64,000 bases of DNA, taken from Amphiscolops sp. MND2022. Lineage: Eukaryota. How positions within the stretch are numbered: position 1 is the stretch's first letter; every line of letters begins with the position of its first letter. Both the position numbers and the translations under genes were made by a program. Positions 49,201 through 60,248 of the stretch are shown one piece after another. The stretch lies in assembly GCA_964187785.1 (NCBI GenBank), contig OZ076409.1, positions 3,784,001-3,848,000 of the forward strand, written 5' to 3'. The notes under the pieces are model-generated. The model saw only the letters and a list, made by a program, of their open reading frames with translations. It made no database searches and was not told the DNA's origin.

Positions 49201-50679
49201 AGGAATTGGGTAGGTGTCCTTCGCCTTCTTTTTGGCTTCCTGTAGTGAAATTCCAAGCAATTCATGTTCGTCTTTGTCGTAAAGGGGCATTCCTGGAATC
49301 TCCATGCGGATTCGGTGTTCCCTTACTAGGTGAGATTCGGACCTGTAATGGGATATCAGTTCCAGACTCCCACGACTCATCAACGATAATTCAACACGGC
49401 ACACCCTACACCACCACTTGTAAGGTGATAACTCTTGATCCAGTGGACATGTGGCAGAGAATTTCAAAACTGGGTGTCTTTTAAACATACTACCAGTTAA
49501 GGAGTATCTAGGGCGGCGTCGTTTCCCCCGTACTTCGGGGAGATTACGCTCTGAGTAAGTCGGCGCAGTTCTTGAAGTAGATTGGACAAGTGCTTCTTCT
49601 TGGCTTGATGTAGTCAATAAAGCAGATTGCGGTACATCATCCACCAAAGTAAGTGCCATAGTGTCTCCACATCCAGTCTCTTCTCCGGTGATGAAGGCTT
49701 GTGGGATCCTCCCAAAGAAATTGTGGAGAAATAAGACCTCCTGTCGAGTTACACTAACATTGGGGAACTCTGATCTGGGAATGTTACCCAAGCCTTCCGT
49801 GTCATGACCAATTGTTTGTCCTTGGTCATTAGCCGTGCTAAGAGAAACCGTGGTTTCGGGTATCTGCCCGGTAGTGAATCCTGTTGCACCATCCTCACTA
49901 GGAGTGACGTACTGTTCAAACTGAAGAGAATGTATTTGAGAATTACCCTGCGTGATGAAATCATCAAGTACCCCTTGAGGGAACGTCGTCATTGGCTCAT
50001 TCATAGCTTTCGTTGGGGTAACGTTCACAAATGGCGGCGAATTACTTCGTGAAGCTAAATCCCCTTTTTGACTTGGGTTACCCTGGGAAGTAACTCCAGG
50101 AGGCTCTGTGGATGTATGTCCACTCGGTGGCTCACCTGCTACTTCTTCATTGATCTGCAAAGTTGGGGTATTGGCGGTATCCACTTCCTCTGTAGCCTTA
50201 GAAGTCTGTGGAGTCACAACGTTCAAAGATGTGTAGACTTTGGCAGGAGAGTTGTTTGAAGTGGTTTGGACGTTTTGGGACGATCCTTGTTCAACTGAAA
50301 CAATTGATCTGTTGATTAACAAAAGAACAGATTTCACAAGCAATAACCGTTCTTAACTGCCTTGAACCGGACGCGGGGACAGGAAATAAAATTGGAACGG
50401 AAGTTGTTTAAAAATTGGAAGCGGAAACGTTTCAAAAAATTTGAACTTGACAAAGATAATAATCTTGTCATTTTCTTTTTGCTAGCCTGGCCAGCTTTGC
50501 AAATCAACCAAATTCAAAACAAATCAAAATGAAACAGAATTAAAACGAAATACGTTGAACTTACGGGATGACGTCTCAGGCGGCGGATCACTGTGCCAGA
50601 AGTCGTCACGTTGCAGAGGATCATAACTCTTCCGGGATCTTCTTTTCCCTCCGGGGCTTCCCTCTTGTGGTGAATCCAT
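46269..50679 (-). CDS. Six-exon antisense gene, about 1081 aa, zinc-finger / hAT-transposase-like protein
   Basis: Exons 50679-50565, 50294-48976, 48831-48346, 48274-48140, 48072-47991 and 47377-46269; all five introns GT..AG with matching phases (1,0,0,0,1); 3246 nt open; RGKRRRPR NLS-like motif and CRVC-x16-H-x5-H zinc finger. Confidence 0.85.
47572..47730 (+). repeat. 33-bp tandem repeat (about 5 copies) in intron 5 of the antisense gene
   Basis: gactatgcgtcactatgcggaatgtgtagtagt; TATGCG starts at 47578, 47611 and onward with period 33. Confidence 0.9.
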
Positions 50680-51120
50680 TCTTTTTTACAGAACCAGGAA
50701 GTAATTCAGGAAAATTCTGATGCAAGCTCAGGGTATTTGTTCCAGAAGTGAGCGAGGAGAAAATACAATAGATCGGAGTAAGGAAATTGAAAACAGATAA
50801 AAGGGGAACTAAAGATGAAGAATCCAAGATTTGGAAGATTGTGTTTAATATACTAGAACTTTAACTGAACAGACTAAATGAACTGGTAAGAAACTTGAAG
50901 ATTCAAAAGAAACAGTAAAAGGCGTGGCGTAACGTTAATGCAATAGACAAAGGCAAAAGAGCAAGTGAAACAATTGTGCGCAAATATGCGTAGAGAATAC
51001 TGCAATATGATTGGCTGTTCAAATGTCAATTACGTCTGCCAGCGTAATTGATTGACTCATCTGACTTCTGCCAACAACGTTGGTATACATATATGCTGAA
51101 TGGAATGAATTAGAAAGCGA

Positions 51121-51270
51121 GAGTATGCGGCAGTATGCGGATCTACCACCAACGACCACTCGACAATATGCGTATTACTGATTTAAATTATGCGGCAGTA
51201 TGCGGATCTACCAATGATGGATATACGGCAGTATGCGGATTGAGCATTGACGTATACTCGACATTTAGCG
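51121..51270 (+). promoter_or_regulatory. TATGCGGCAGTATGCGG motif cluster in the divergent intergenic region
   Basis: Three copies of the doublet motif plus actcgaca motifs, shared with the LTR (40168-40345) and intron arrays; regulatory role inferred. Confidence 0.5.
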
Positions 51271-52270
51271 GTTTTCGCTGTATGCACGACAGAGATGAAT
51301 TAACACCGTAGACCAACAAGAATGAGCAAATGGAGTGATATTACGTAATGGAACTGAAGAAACTGTGTGTTTACCACAACTGAAAGTTGAGTGGCAATAT
51401 TGATATACTGTATACGTGCTTAGTTACCCTCTTTAATGACGTTTAGCCTGTGATACCAATGCTCATTTGGAACCAATATGTATGTAATAATTTGAACTGT
51501 TGGCGTTTTCTGAAACCCATAAATTATTTACCAAGAGATACTGGAATTCACCCGGAACATTAATTAACTGTACTTGCATTTTAAATGCAGGACTAACATT
51601 ATTGGGTGTCTTTCCTAATGATAAAATTCAACTCACTAACGGACCTTAGATTAGATTGGAACACGTTTATTAACATCCTTTTCCTTTTATAAAATAGTCA
51701 TGTAAAATCAAATAAACTGATTCTGAATTACTTTATTGAATATTTTCATGAAAGTATTTTGTTTTCAGCATCCCTGATATCAAGTCAAATTTGTTTATGT
51801 ACGATTTAAACACTGGTGGAAGGTTAAGAAGGGTGATGATAAAAGGAAATCAGTTGGAGTGCTAAACGTGTTACCTTTTATGGAAGTTGTTTATGACCAA
51901 TTGTAAAAGGAACTCGTGATATGAGTCTAGGTGGAAACCCCATATAAGGGTGTTTAGGAACCTAAAATCATGACTCTCAATTTTTCCGCGGGTTTTCCGC
52001 TGAAAACGAAAAGTGCGAGAAACTCCATCATCATATGGTCCATATTAAACTGTGATTCAGTTGCTTTCAATTTCGAACTCTATTTCTGTTCATCTATAAA
52101 TTTTCAACTAAAACCTGAAAAATGGACTCACTGCAATTTAATCTCGATGAGGATCTGGGCTACTCACCCATCTCCCCTGACGTGATAGACATCTCCAGTG
52201 AATCTGGGGAAGAGTTCATTGTTGAACCTGGCAACATTGCCCAGCTAGACGAAAAGTTCAGGTCAATACA

Positions 52271-53176
52271 ATGGGATCGAACATCATGACAGCTTTTGTG
52301 GGCTCTGCAACTGCTTCTTTGTTCCCCCCTTCAAACTACGTGGGACAACAAGAATCCATCAATACTGCAGGAACCCACATCGAAAGGGAAATCATGGAGT
52401 TGATAGAGGAGGGCCCTTCCTCTTCTCCAGCATCTCCGCTGTCTTTCATCGATTCAGAATTCGAAGGACCGGGTACTTCTCCAGTAGCAATTGCCGCAGA
52501 ACCCAGAGCACAGCTTAATAATTATGGTCGGCCAACTGCAGCAATACTGCCCACACCAAGGGTCCCATTGCAACCGCCAAATGAAACTGTTAGACCAGTG
52601 CCGACTTACCCTTCAAACTATGTGCAGAATGTCCCTAATTCTCACCAAGCACAGACAGTGGACACAAGCACAGAAGGGGCTACTAACGTACCAACATATG
52701 AACTACAAGGAATTTATCCGCAAGCCGCATTCATCCCAGAAGAATTAACACACCCTGTTACGAATGACATTACACCAGTAGTGATACATCTGCCCCCTAG
52801 AAACATGGGAATTGTCCCCGCCAACTTCAATGGTCAATTCCACCAAGTGGTCCAAGCTGGATTTCCATTCAACATTCTACATAGTACTAACATCCTTATG
52901 ATACCAGGCAATGAGAGACAAAATTTCAGATTGTTCCCAACAGTTATGCCAAACGTCTCCGGATATTGTGACTGGTGTGGCCGTACCTTTGATCAAGTCG
53001 CACTGGAAACATTGGGGGACTATCTTGGCGCTACCGCTTACAACGAGGAAACAGTCAGGGACCGTGGGGTGCGTTCTAGAGCCTTCATAGATGGTTTTGA
53101 AGCAGCGTTGTTTATCTTCAAAAATGCAGGACTGTCGCGGCCACAGCGTTGCGATGGGTCCGGTGTGCACCAGTAA
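52271..53176 (+). CDS. Accessory sense ORF (301 aa), P/T-rich, C-terminal CxxC; ends inside the 3' LTR
   Basis: Open frame crossing the PPT/LTR boundary at 53133; TATA-like CCCATATAAGGG near 51940. Confidence 0.7.
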   Translation: MGSNIMTAFVGSATASLFPPSNYVGQQESINTAGTHIEREIMELIEEGPSSSPASPLSFIDSEFEGPGTSPVAIAAEPRAQLNNYGRPTAAILPTPRVPLQPPNETVRPVPTYPSNYVQNVPNSHQAQTVDTSTEGATNVPTYELQGIYPQAAFIPEELTHPVTNDITPVVIHLPPRNMGIVPANFNGQFHQVVQAGFPFNILHSTNILMIPGNERQNFRLFPTVMPNVSGYCDWCGRTFDQVALETLGDYLGATAYNEETVRDRGVRSRAFIDGFEAALFIFKNAGLSRPQRCDGSGVHQ

Positions 53177-54653
53177 GAAAACAAACAACGCTTGTTAAAA
53201 ACTTCCAAAACCCAAGGACTCATTTGCAAGTCATGTAGTTTGTTTGTTTTGTAAATATTTGTTGTAATCAGGGTCATTTAGTTGATTTATTTTGTAAAAC
53301 TGATGTCTTAAAATGATTTGCCAAACCTTAAGAGGATTTAATGATGTTTTTAATTATTCCTGATGATCCTAATGCAGTGCTAATAGTTCATTTTAATTAA
53401 GCAGTACCAATTGTATACGACATTGTGCGTTTTGAGTGCTAATGAGTATGCGGTACTATGCGCATATGCATCTTTCTGATTTTCACTATGCGTCACTATG
53501 CGGTTTGAACAGTGACATTTACTCGACACTATGCATCTTTCTAACTTTCATTATACGTCACTATGCGGTTTGAACAGTGACATTTACTCGACACTATGCA
53601 TTTTTCATTATACGTCATCCTGCGGTCTGAGGAACAATGAGTGCTCGGTACTATACGTTTTTCGCTATGCTTGCTTTAATATGAAGGATTAACTTTGCAT
53701 TTCCATATACAGTAGTATAAGTCCATGATATATCATTGTTTAACACCTTTCTAGGGTATTATAAACCTCGTTATCTTTTCTGAATGTCATGGAAGGTAAC
53801 TCATGAGATATAAATAGGATGACGACATTCTGACGAAGTGCTATTATTAGTTTTTCCTAAGAATGATGCTTGTAAAATTGCGTGTCATCTTTTGTAATTT
53901 TGTACTTTCTTGGGGAAAAAAGAGCTAACACAACTGATATATCTTTCTTCAGAACCAGTTTGTTCTCTGATAACGATTACAATCTTTGTGCTACATTTTG
54001 GGATCTTTGAACATTTCAAATTGATTTCCTTTGAATATTTGCCTTCAATTCAAATTCTTGACCCTGCAAAACAATCATTTTCTCTTGAGCGAAAATGGGC
54101 AATAAGAGAAGTAGAAGGTCTAGAAGACTAGAAACTCCTTCCCCTAGCAGAGAAGAAGGTGTTGAAACTCCAAACCCAGGTAATATGACTTTAACTAATT
54201 CTAACTTAGTTGACCAAGAAAACTTAGGTCCCAATATCTTGGAGAATCAAATAACTGAACCCAGCGTAATTAGCAATGAAATACAAGTTTGGACACAAGA
54301 AATGGAAAAGAGAAACAATGACAGAATAGAGAAAATGAGGGAGGAGATTGATAATAAATTCGATGCAATCTTAAGAGAAATCAAAACTAGTAAAAATGCA
54401 TCTACAATCACAAACCCAAGATCAGAATCTAATGAAACACAAAACAATCAGCCGTCGGGATCCAGAAATAGGTCTATAGGAGTTCGCGCATCAGAAAATG
54501 AAAACTCTGATTCTGAAAATGAAGATAATCATCCCATCAGAGCATCGAACATGCATGAATTAAGAGACCCAGCAAGACCCTTTTGCCAAAATAGATTTGA
54601 ACTAGATGAAACATTAGTTTCAAATGAAGACTCTGAGGAGGAGGATTATCACA
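53133..54653 (+). repeat. 3' LTR (1521 bp)
   Basis: Direct repeat of the 5' LTR, followed by TSD GCCAA. Confidence 0.95.
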
Positions 54654-55019
54654 GCCAATCTCAGCAAAACGCGAACTGTTAGCACTTTCACGGGCCGACT
54701 ATGCGTTTGAACACCGCCAACTTATTACCCTTTTGAAATCTGTTGATCTGTATCTTGCTTTGTGCTTTTAATTTCCCCTCTTCACTTCCGCCGAATCACT
54801 GAAGTTGAAACGTACTGAAATAGTAAAAACTCTACGTTCAGACAACTCAGTAATTGCTTGCTAACAAACCCGAAATATGTTGATTTCTTGAAAGGTTTTG
54901 AGTGAAGTAGGACAAAAATGTTGATGCTATCAAAACAAAACCTTGTTGCTTTTTTATTTTTCATACATGTCGAATTTTGATACAAGATGAGGTCGAGTTC
55001 TCCTCACAAGATAGTGTCC

Positions 55020-55219
55020 NNNNNNNNNNNNNNNNNNNNNNNNNNNNNNNNNNNNNNNNNNNNNNNNNNNNNNNNNNNNNNNNNNNNNNNNNNNNNNNNN
55101 NNNNNNNNNNNNNNNNNNNNNNNNNNNNNNNNNNNNNNNNNNNNNNNNNNNNNNNNNNNNNNNNNNNNNNNNNNNNNNNNNNNNNNNNNNNNNNNNNNNN
55201 NNNNNNNNNNNNNNNNNNN
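55020..55219. other. Assembly gap (200 N)
   Basis: Run of N. Confidence 1.
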
Positions 55220-55368
55220 TTCAGTGCCGCTGCCTTTAGCAGCTGTCTAATTTGCAGGAATTGAATGTCTACGGCACCTATTATTTTTTGTCAAATCTCA
55301 CCACAAATAGGTAAATCGCTTATGGCGCTACGTATCAGTATGCATCAGCCCAATCTACGTCAACTGGA

Positions 55369-55803
55369 AACAAGCCGAGAACGGCCCAAGTCGTCGCCAT
55401 ATCTATGGCTCACAATTTTTGAAATTCGGGAAAAAATAGACAATGCTATACGAGAAATGGAAACGTTATATCTGTACTTTGAAACGTTACATTGCAACTT
55501 TGAAAACGATATATCCGAACATTGAAAACGTTACATCCGAATTTTGAAAACGTTGTTTCCGAACTTTGACAAAGTTATATCCTAACTTTGAAAACGTTTT
55601 ATCCGAACTTCGAAAACGTTACATCCGAACTTCAACTTTGAACACGTTAGATCCGACTTTTGAAACGTTATATTCGAACTAAACTATATCGGCTAAAAAG
55701 TTGAACAAATGAGCAAAAAAGTGGACCATTCAGAGCGAAGTGAAAAAAACTACCCACTGTAATAGCCGGACTTTTTCCCTAATGGAAGAGGCACCAACTA
55801 AAA
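55369..55803 (-). mobile_element. Helentron-type element with internal ~21-bp tandem repeats
   Basis: aacaagccgagaacggcccaagtcgtcgcc ... ggcaccaactaaaa; internal ttgaaaacgttacatccgaac repeats at about 55455-55680. Confidence 0.65.
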
Positions 55804-57637
55804 CCTTTGGTTGCCTTTTAAACTGCGTGTTTCCGCTGCAAAGAAGTTTCGCTAAAAACCCGTTTTAACAATTGCTGCAAATGCACATTTTATAATGACG
55901 CAAAAAAGAGAAATTATCAACAGAACCGCGCTGCGAAGTTTTCGTGCTCCACGAAAGAAATTTGAAAACCAAAAACCACAATGCTGGCAAGATTCGTCTT
56001 GGTGCAGAATTGGTGCTCTGAAGTTGATACATAGAGCAATAGCTTCAACTTGTGTTGCGGTGTGAGTTTGCGTGTTTCGTTTCTAGCTCATGGGACAATT
56101 TTAGTGTTCAAGAAATATGAAGGCTCAACAAATGTAAAAACGAGATCTGACAGCAAAAAACTGACAGTTCCACTGAATAATAGTTAGGTTGCAGTGGATT
56201 GAAAAGATGATATCTAAGTACCAGGGAGTTTGGTAACGTCTTACTTCAGTAGACAAACAACGGTTTATGGTGGTGATGGGGAAACGTTATCAAAAATTTC
56301 GATCCAAATTTTGACGTGGCATTTGGCATGTAATGATTTCGGTGTTTTCGTGTTTTTTGAGAGCGCAAAATGTCAAGAGTAGACCAGAACAAATCGAACG
56401 CCGACAATAGGAACTGTATAGCTGAAAAACGTTGAAGAATCTCCCCCATCAGGTTAGACTAATGTTACCTGAGTCTTATAATGAGACTTTTTTCATGATT
56501 GTCTTCGTTTTCTATCTAGAGCCCTAGTTTTTAGCTATACGGTCTGTCGTTATGCATGTTTTTCAGAATTTTTTCGCTACTATAGCGTTTTTAGAGGTTC
56601 GTCACCCGGAAAAGGAAATTTCTTTTTGTTCTTGGCCCAGTTATTTTGGCCCATTAAAGCGCTGATCCTGAAAATCTCAGCAAGGTGAACTCACTTCAAC
56701 GATTAAGACCGGTCGGAGAGTTTTCAGCTGAAGTGGTTCATATTTCCTGAAGTCACCCTAAGGAGGTATTATGAACCTGTTGACGAATTAAGACCGATTC
56801 TGGGCGGGGATCCCAAAACTCATAGGGTGCCTCCTCGCGATTTGCGTGTTGGGCTATACAATACTGCTTGTGTCGGATTGTTAACTAAAACCGAAGCTGC
56901 AGAACCTACAAACACGGAGTTTCTTGTTGATACGTTTGGCTGACGTTTTTCACAACCAACGAATTGACATGTAGGCACTTCGATTAGAAACTTCCACTTT
57001 CATACACATTTATTTTCATTATATTCACGTTTATATAATTTATGAACATTTTACTTTGTTTCTGAAAGATTTTTAGTTTTCCAGTAGCTTTAACTATTTG
57101 TTGAGAATAGCTCCACTACAACTCAATTAAACCCGTAGGTACCATGCACGAGACAAGAACTGGCTGAGTATCTACATAAATTTTTAATAACTCCGAAGAA
57201 GAGACGAATCAACTTAATCGAAGGCGGTGGGGGTAAGTGTGACAAGGAAATCACGATCTTTACATTTTTGCTAATTTTCCCTCTTTCAAGGTTTGTCTCG
57301 GTACTCTTGGACTGTTTGAAGTTCTCTTTTCGCTGATGAAAAGAAGCAGGTTGAACTTTAATTACTATACATCAAATAAATAAGTCGAGTGATAGACACA
57401 AATACAATTTCACATCCACGAATAATAGAATGAATAATATGATAACATCGATAATAACGGAGAATATTACTGAGTATATTAGGAGGCATATTAGGAGGCA
57501 TATAACACAAGAGAACAGTATACAAGAATTTCAGCAAGGTTTTTTTTTGTATCCGTAAGGATGGGGGTGATATCGAAGATATCGGAAGAATCAACTCGCC
57601 GCAAAATCTCTATCGGTCTTGGAGTGAAAACAACAAT

Positions 57638-57839
57638 CCGTGTTTTATCAGCCCACTTAGGCTTAAACCGTGTATTATCAGCCCACTTAGGCTCAACCGT
57701 GTATTATCAGCCCACTTAGACTCAACCGTGTATTATCAGCCCACTTAGGCTCAACCGTGTATTATCAGCCCACTTAGGCTCAACCGTGTATTATCAGCCC
57801 ACTTAGGCTCAACCGTGTATTATCAGCCCACTTAGGCTC
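57638..57839. repeat. 29-bp minisatellite, 7 copies
   Basis: ccgtgtattatcagcccacttaggctcaa repeated head to tail without spacers. Confidence 0.95.
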
Positions 57840-60052
57840 TTTTACATGTAATACGATAGACCAGCAGTCCACCCTACTCCCGGGTCGAAATCCGTACTAG
57901 CGAAGAGCGGGGTAGCAACAAATCAGGCAACTTCAGGTTGTTAGGCTGAAGGCACGGGCTAACCGGCCAGACGAAGTAAATCTGCAATTTCGATAGTCCG
58001 GCGTCTGATGCGGGATGCTATCGGACGCAAAGCAGCAAACCGTTCCCTAGATTTCAACTCACTTTGTGTGTCTCTTAATTGACACACACTTCGGCCTAAG
58101 TTACTTTTTCGGCAGTTTAGTCATATCATTATTCATAGTTTATCATCTTTCCTTTTTCGGGTTCTGACAAAGTGTTGAGCAATACAGTTTTTTCCTACTT
58201 CGGTACTGAAAGTTCATTAGAAGTACATTTTCTCAGCACGAGTTGGTCCTAGTTCCACCTCCTTGTCAATCATGACTGATGGTTTTACTTCGTTTTCAAT
58301 AGAATTTAAGGGGTGGTGCTACTGACTCAGTTTTTCCCACTTTTGTAAGCACGACTTGAACTTCGGCTTATTGATTGACATTTGCACTTTTTGCCAGGTC
58401 TCTTTTTCCCACGCGGTTCCTGACAACTCTCTCCAGCTAAATCTGGCTGAATGAAATACTTTTCTACAATTTACAATGACCTAAAAGGCGATTTTAATTC
58501 ATATCTAAAAAAAGTCGATTTTCGTGTTACAACTTCTAAGGTCAAAAACTAGGTATTCCGATCACAGGGGGCTAAAACCAAGTACATCATTTGGAAGAAC
58601 AATTTAAGGGCTAAAAAAGCTTACGCCATGGTTTTTTTTCTATTTCAACTCCTTCACGGTGAAAAACGCCTTTGAAATAAAGTAGTCAAAAATCACATAT
58701 TGACATTTGCAAATTTCTCAACTTGGAGGGCTCGTACTCATTCAATTTGAAAGGTACAGCGTAGGGGTTTATATACATCGCTAGCCCAAGTCTAAGGAGT
58801 ATTTTCCACCTTAGATGAGGTCTCTAGCTTGTTTCAACAAAATTTGATAGCACTTTTACTGAAAGTAGTCATTTTCCCGATTTTTATGTCTAGACTTTCA
58901 ACTTTGGAGGCCAATATCTCAAAACCAAGGCAATTTTCGGAAAAACGCTCCTGCTAAACGCTGTGCGCCTGAGTCTTGTGTGTCTACCCTGAAAGTTTCA
59001 GCTCGTTATTGCCCAAAACGTGCGGGGGGGAGTTAGCATTTTGGTAGGTCGACATCCCTATCGGCAGAAAGAAATCACAACTTTAAATTCTTGGGGGTTC
59101 TTCGCTAGCGCGCCACAGCACTCTATTTTTTATCTATTCATTCTTCCACTTCAATTCTCAAATACGCTGTGAAGGGGGCGGCTTTTGTGCGCTTACTCGT
59201 TGAGTACTAAGCGATAACATGCGAAAAACAGCTAATTTGGCCATTTTAGGGCTGTTTTTAACGTTTGCTGGCTCAGTTCTCAAAAACTACTGAATATTAT
59301 TTGTTTTCCAATTGACACAAGTTAGGGCATTAATTTATCTTTAATTTGAGCCATATCCGAACATTTTCTGACAACTGTAGCGATCACAGGAAATTTTTAA
59401 AGGAAACTCAATTTTGGAAAATCGTCAAAGATTTATACGCACTTATTTTCAAAGCTTCTCCCCGATATGTTCTCGTCATTGCACGGGACTCATATTCTCA
59501 ACTTAAGCTTTCCCTTGAATGGGCTTTCGAATGCTGAAAACCGTTTGTTGCTATCTTTTTTCATCTTCGAGAAATTGGGTTTTGATTTTTAATTTCTATT
59601 AAGAGGGGGGATTAATTCAAAGTTTGCGGCGGCCGTTTCCTTATTAGCTACGCGTACTGCCATTCACATCGCGTTCTAATTTTCATTCCTTTCGCTTTCT
59701 GACACGCTTAGGTGAGTTGTATTTTATGCTGTTCACGCACACAGCGGAGTTTTCACTCTCTCTTACCCTCAAACACATGTATTAACATAGTAATTTGACT
59801 AAATCTCTATTCACAGTCAACGATTACTTTAGGTTCAATTTTTGTGGGAATACGTTGGTTTAAAGTTCTTAAATGTCTACTCAACACGTAGTCAGGTCAA
59901 ACAGGATCATTTCGGTGGTTTATTTTTTCTTGTATTAGCAATAGTTGCCGAGAATATCGATGTCAAAATTTCTTTATGATTAGAATTTTCATACATAGTT
60001 CTGAGTGGTGGCGGCCGTATTACTGCATTAATACGTTGCGCGGTCGCTTCAT

Positions 60053-60248
60053 TGTAGCTAAGAATAGTTATTTTGGTTGTCAACGGGACTAAAGACAATA
60101 TTATTGACATTAAACAATAGTGCGAGGTACTTGAAGTACTTGTTGTAATCTTTACTTTTATACGATATCACCCCCGGAAAATCTACCTTGCTGATGAAAT
60201 AAAATTTAATAAACACCATAACATGAGCGAAAAGTCAAAAATCCTACA
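60053..60248 (-). repeat. Probable 3' LTR (196 bp) of the minus-strand Gypsy element
   Basis: On the minus strand, PPT GGGGGGGGGGAA is followed by TGTAG...CTACA inverted ends; partner LTR lies outside the window. Confidence 0.65.

Larger units (their letters stand above)
39854..54653 (+). mobile_element. Young 14.8-kb Ty3/Gypsy LTR retrotransposon with accessory genes
   Basis: 1521-bp TG..CA LTRs (about 4 substitutions seen), 5-bp TSD GCCAA (39849-39853, 54654-54658), PBS TGGTGACAGG at 41375, intact PR-RT-RH-IN ORF. Confidence 0.97.

Noticed and set aside
52271..53176. Retroviral envelope gene
   Set aside because: No signal peptide, furin/fusion motif or transmembrane helix visible
54095..54682. 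Independent 195-aa gene
   Set aside because: It is the 3' LTR copy of the polyprotein N-terminus and stops shortly after entering the flank
54977..55264. ORFs spanning the N run
   Set aside because: Artefacts of the assembly gap
57638..57839. CRISPR array
   Set aside because: Units are contiguous with no unique spacers; no cas genes; eukaryotic context
58440..59620. Possible non-autonomous DNA transposon
   Set aside because: Repeat-like texture, but I could not define TIRs or a TSD
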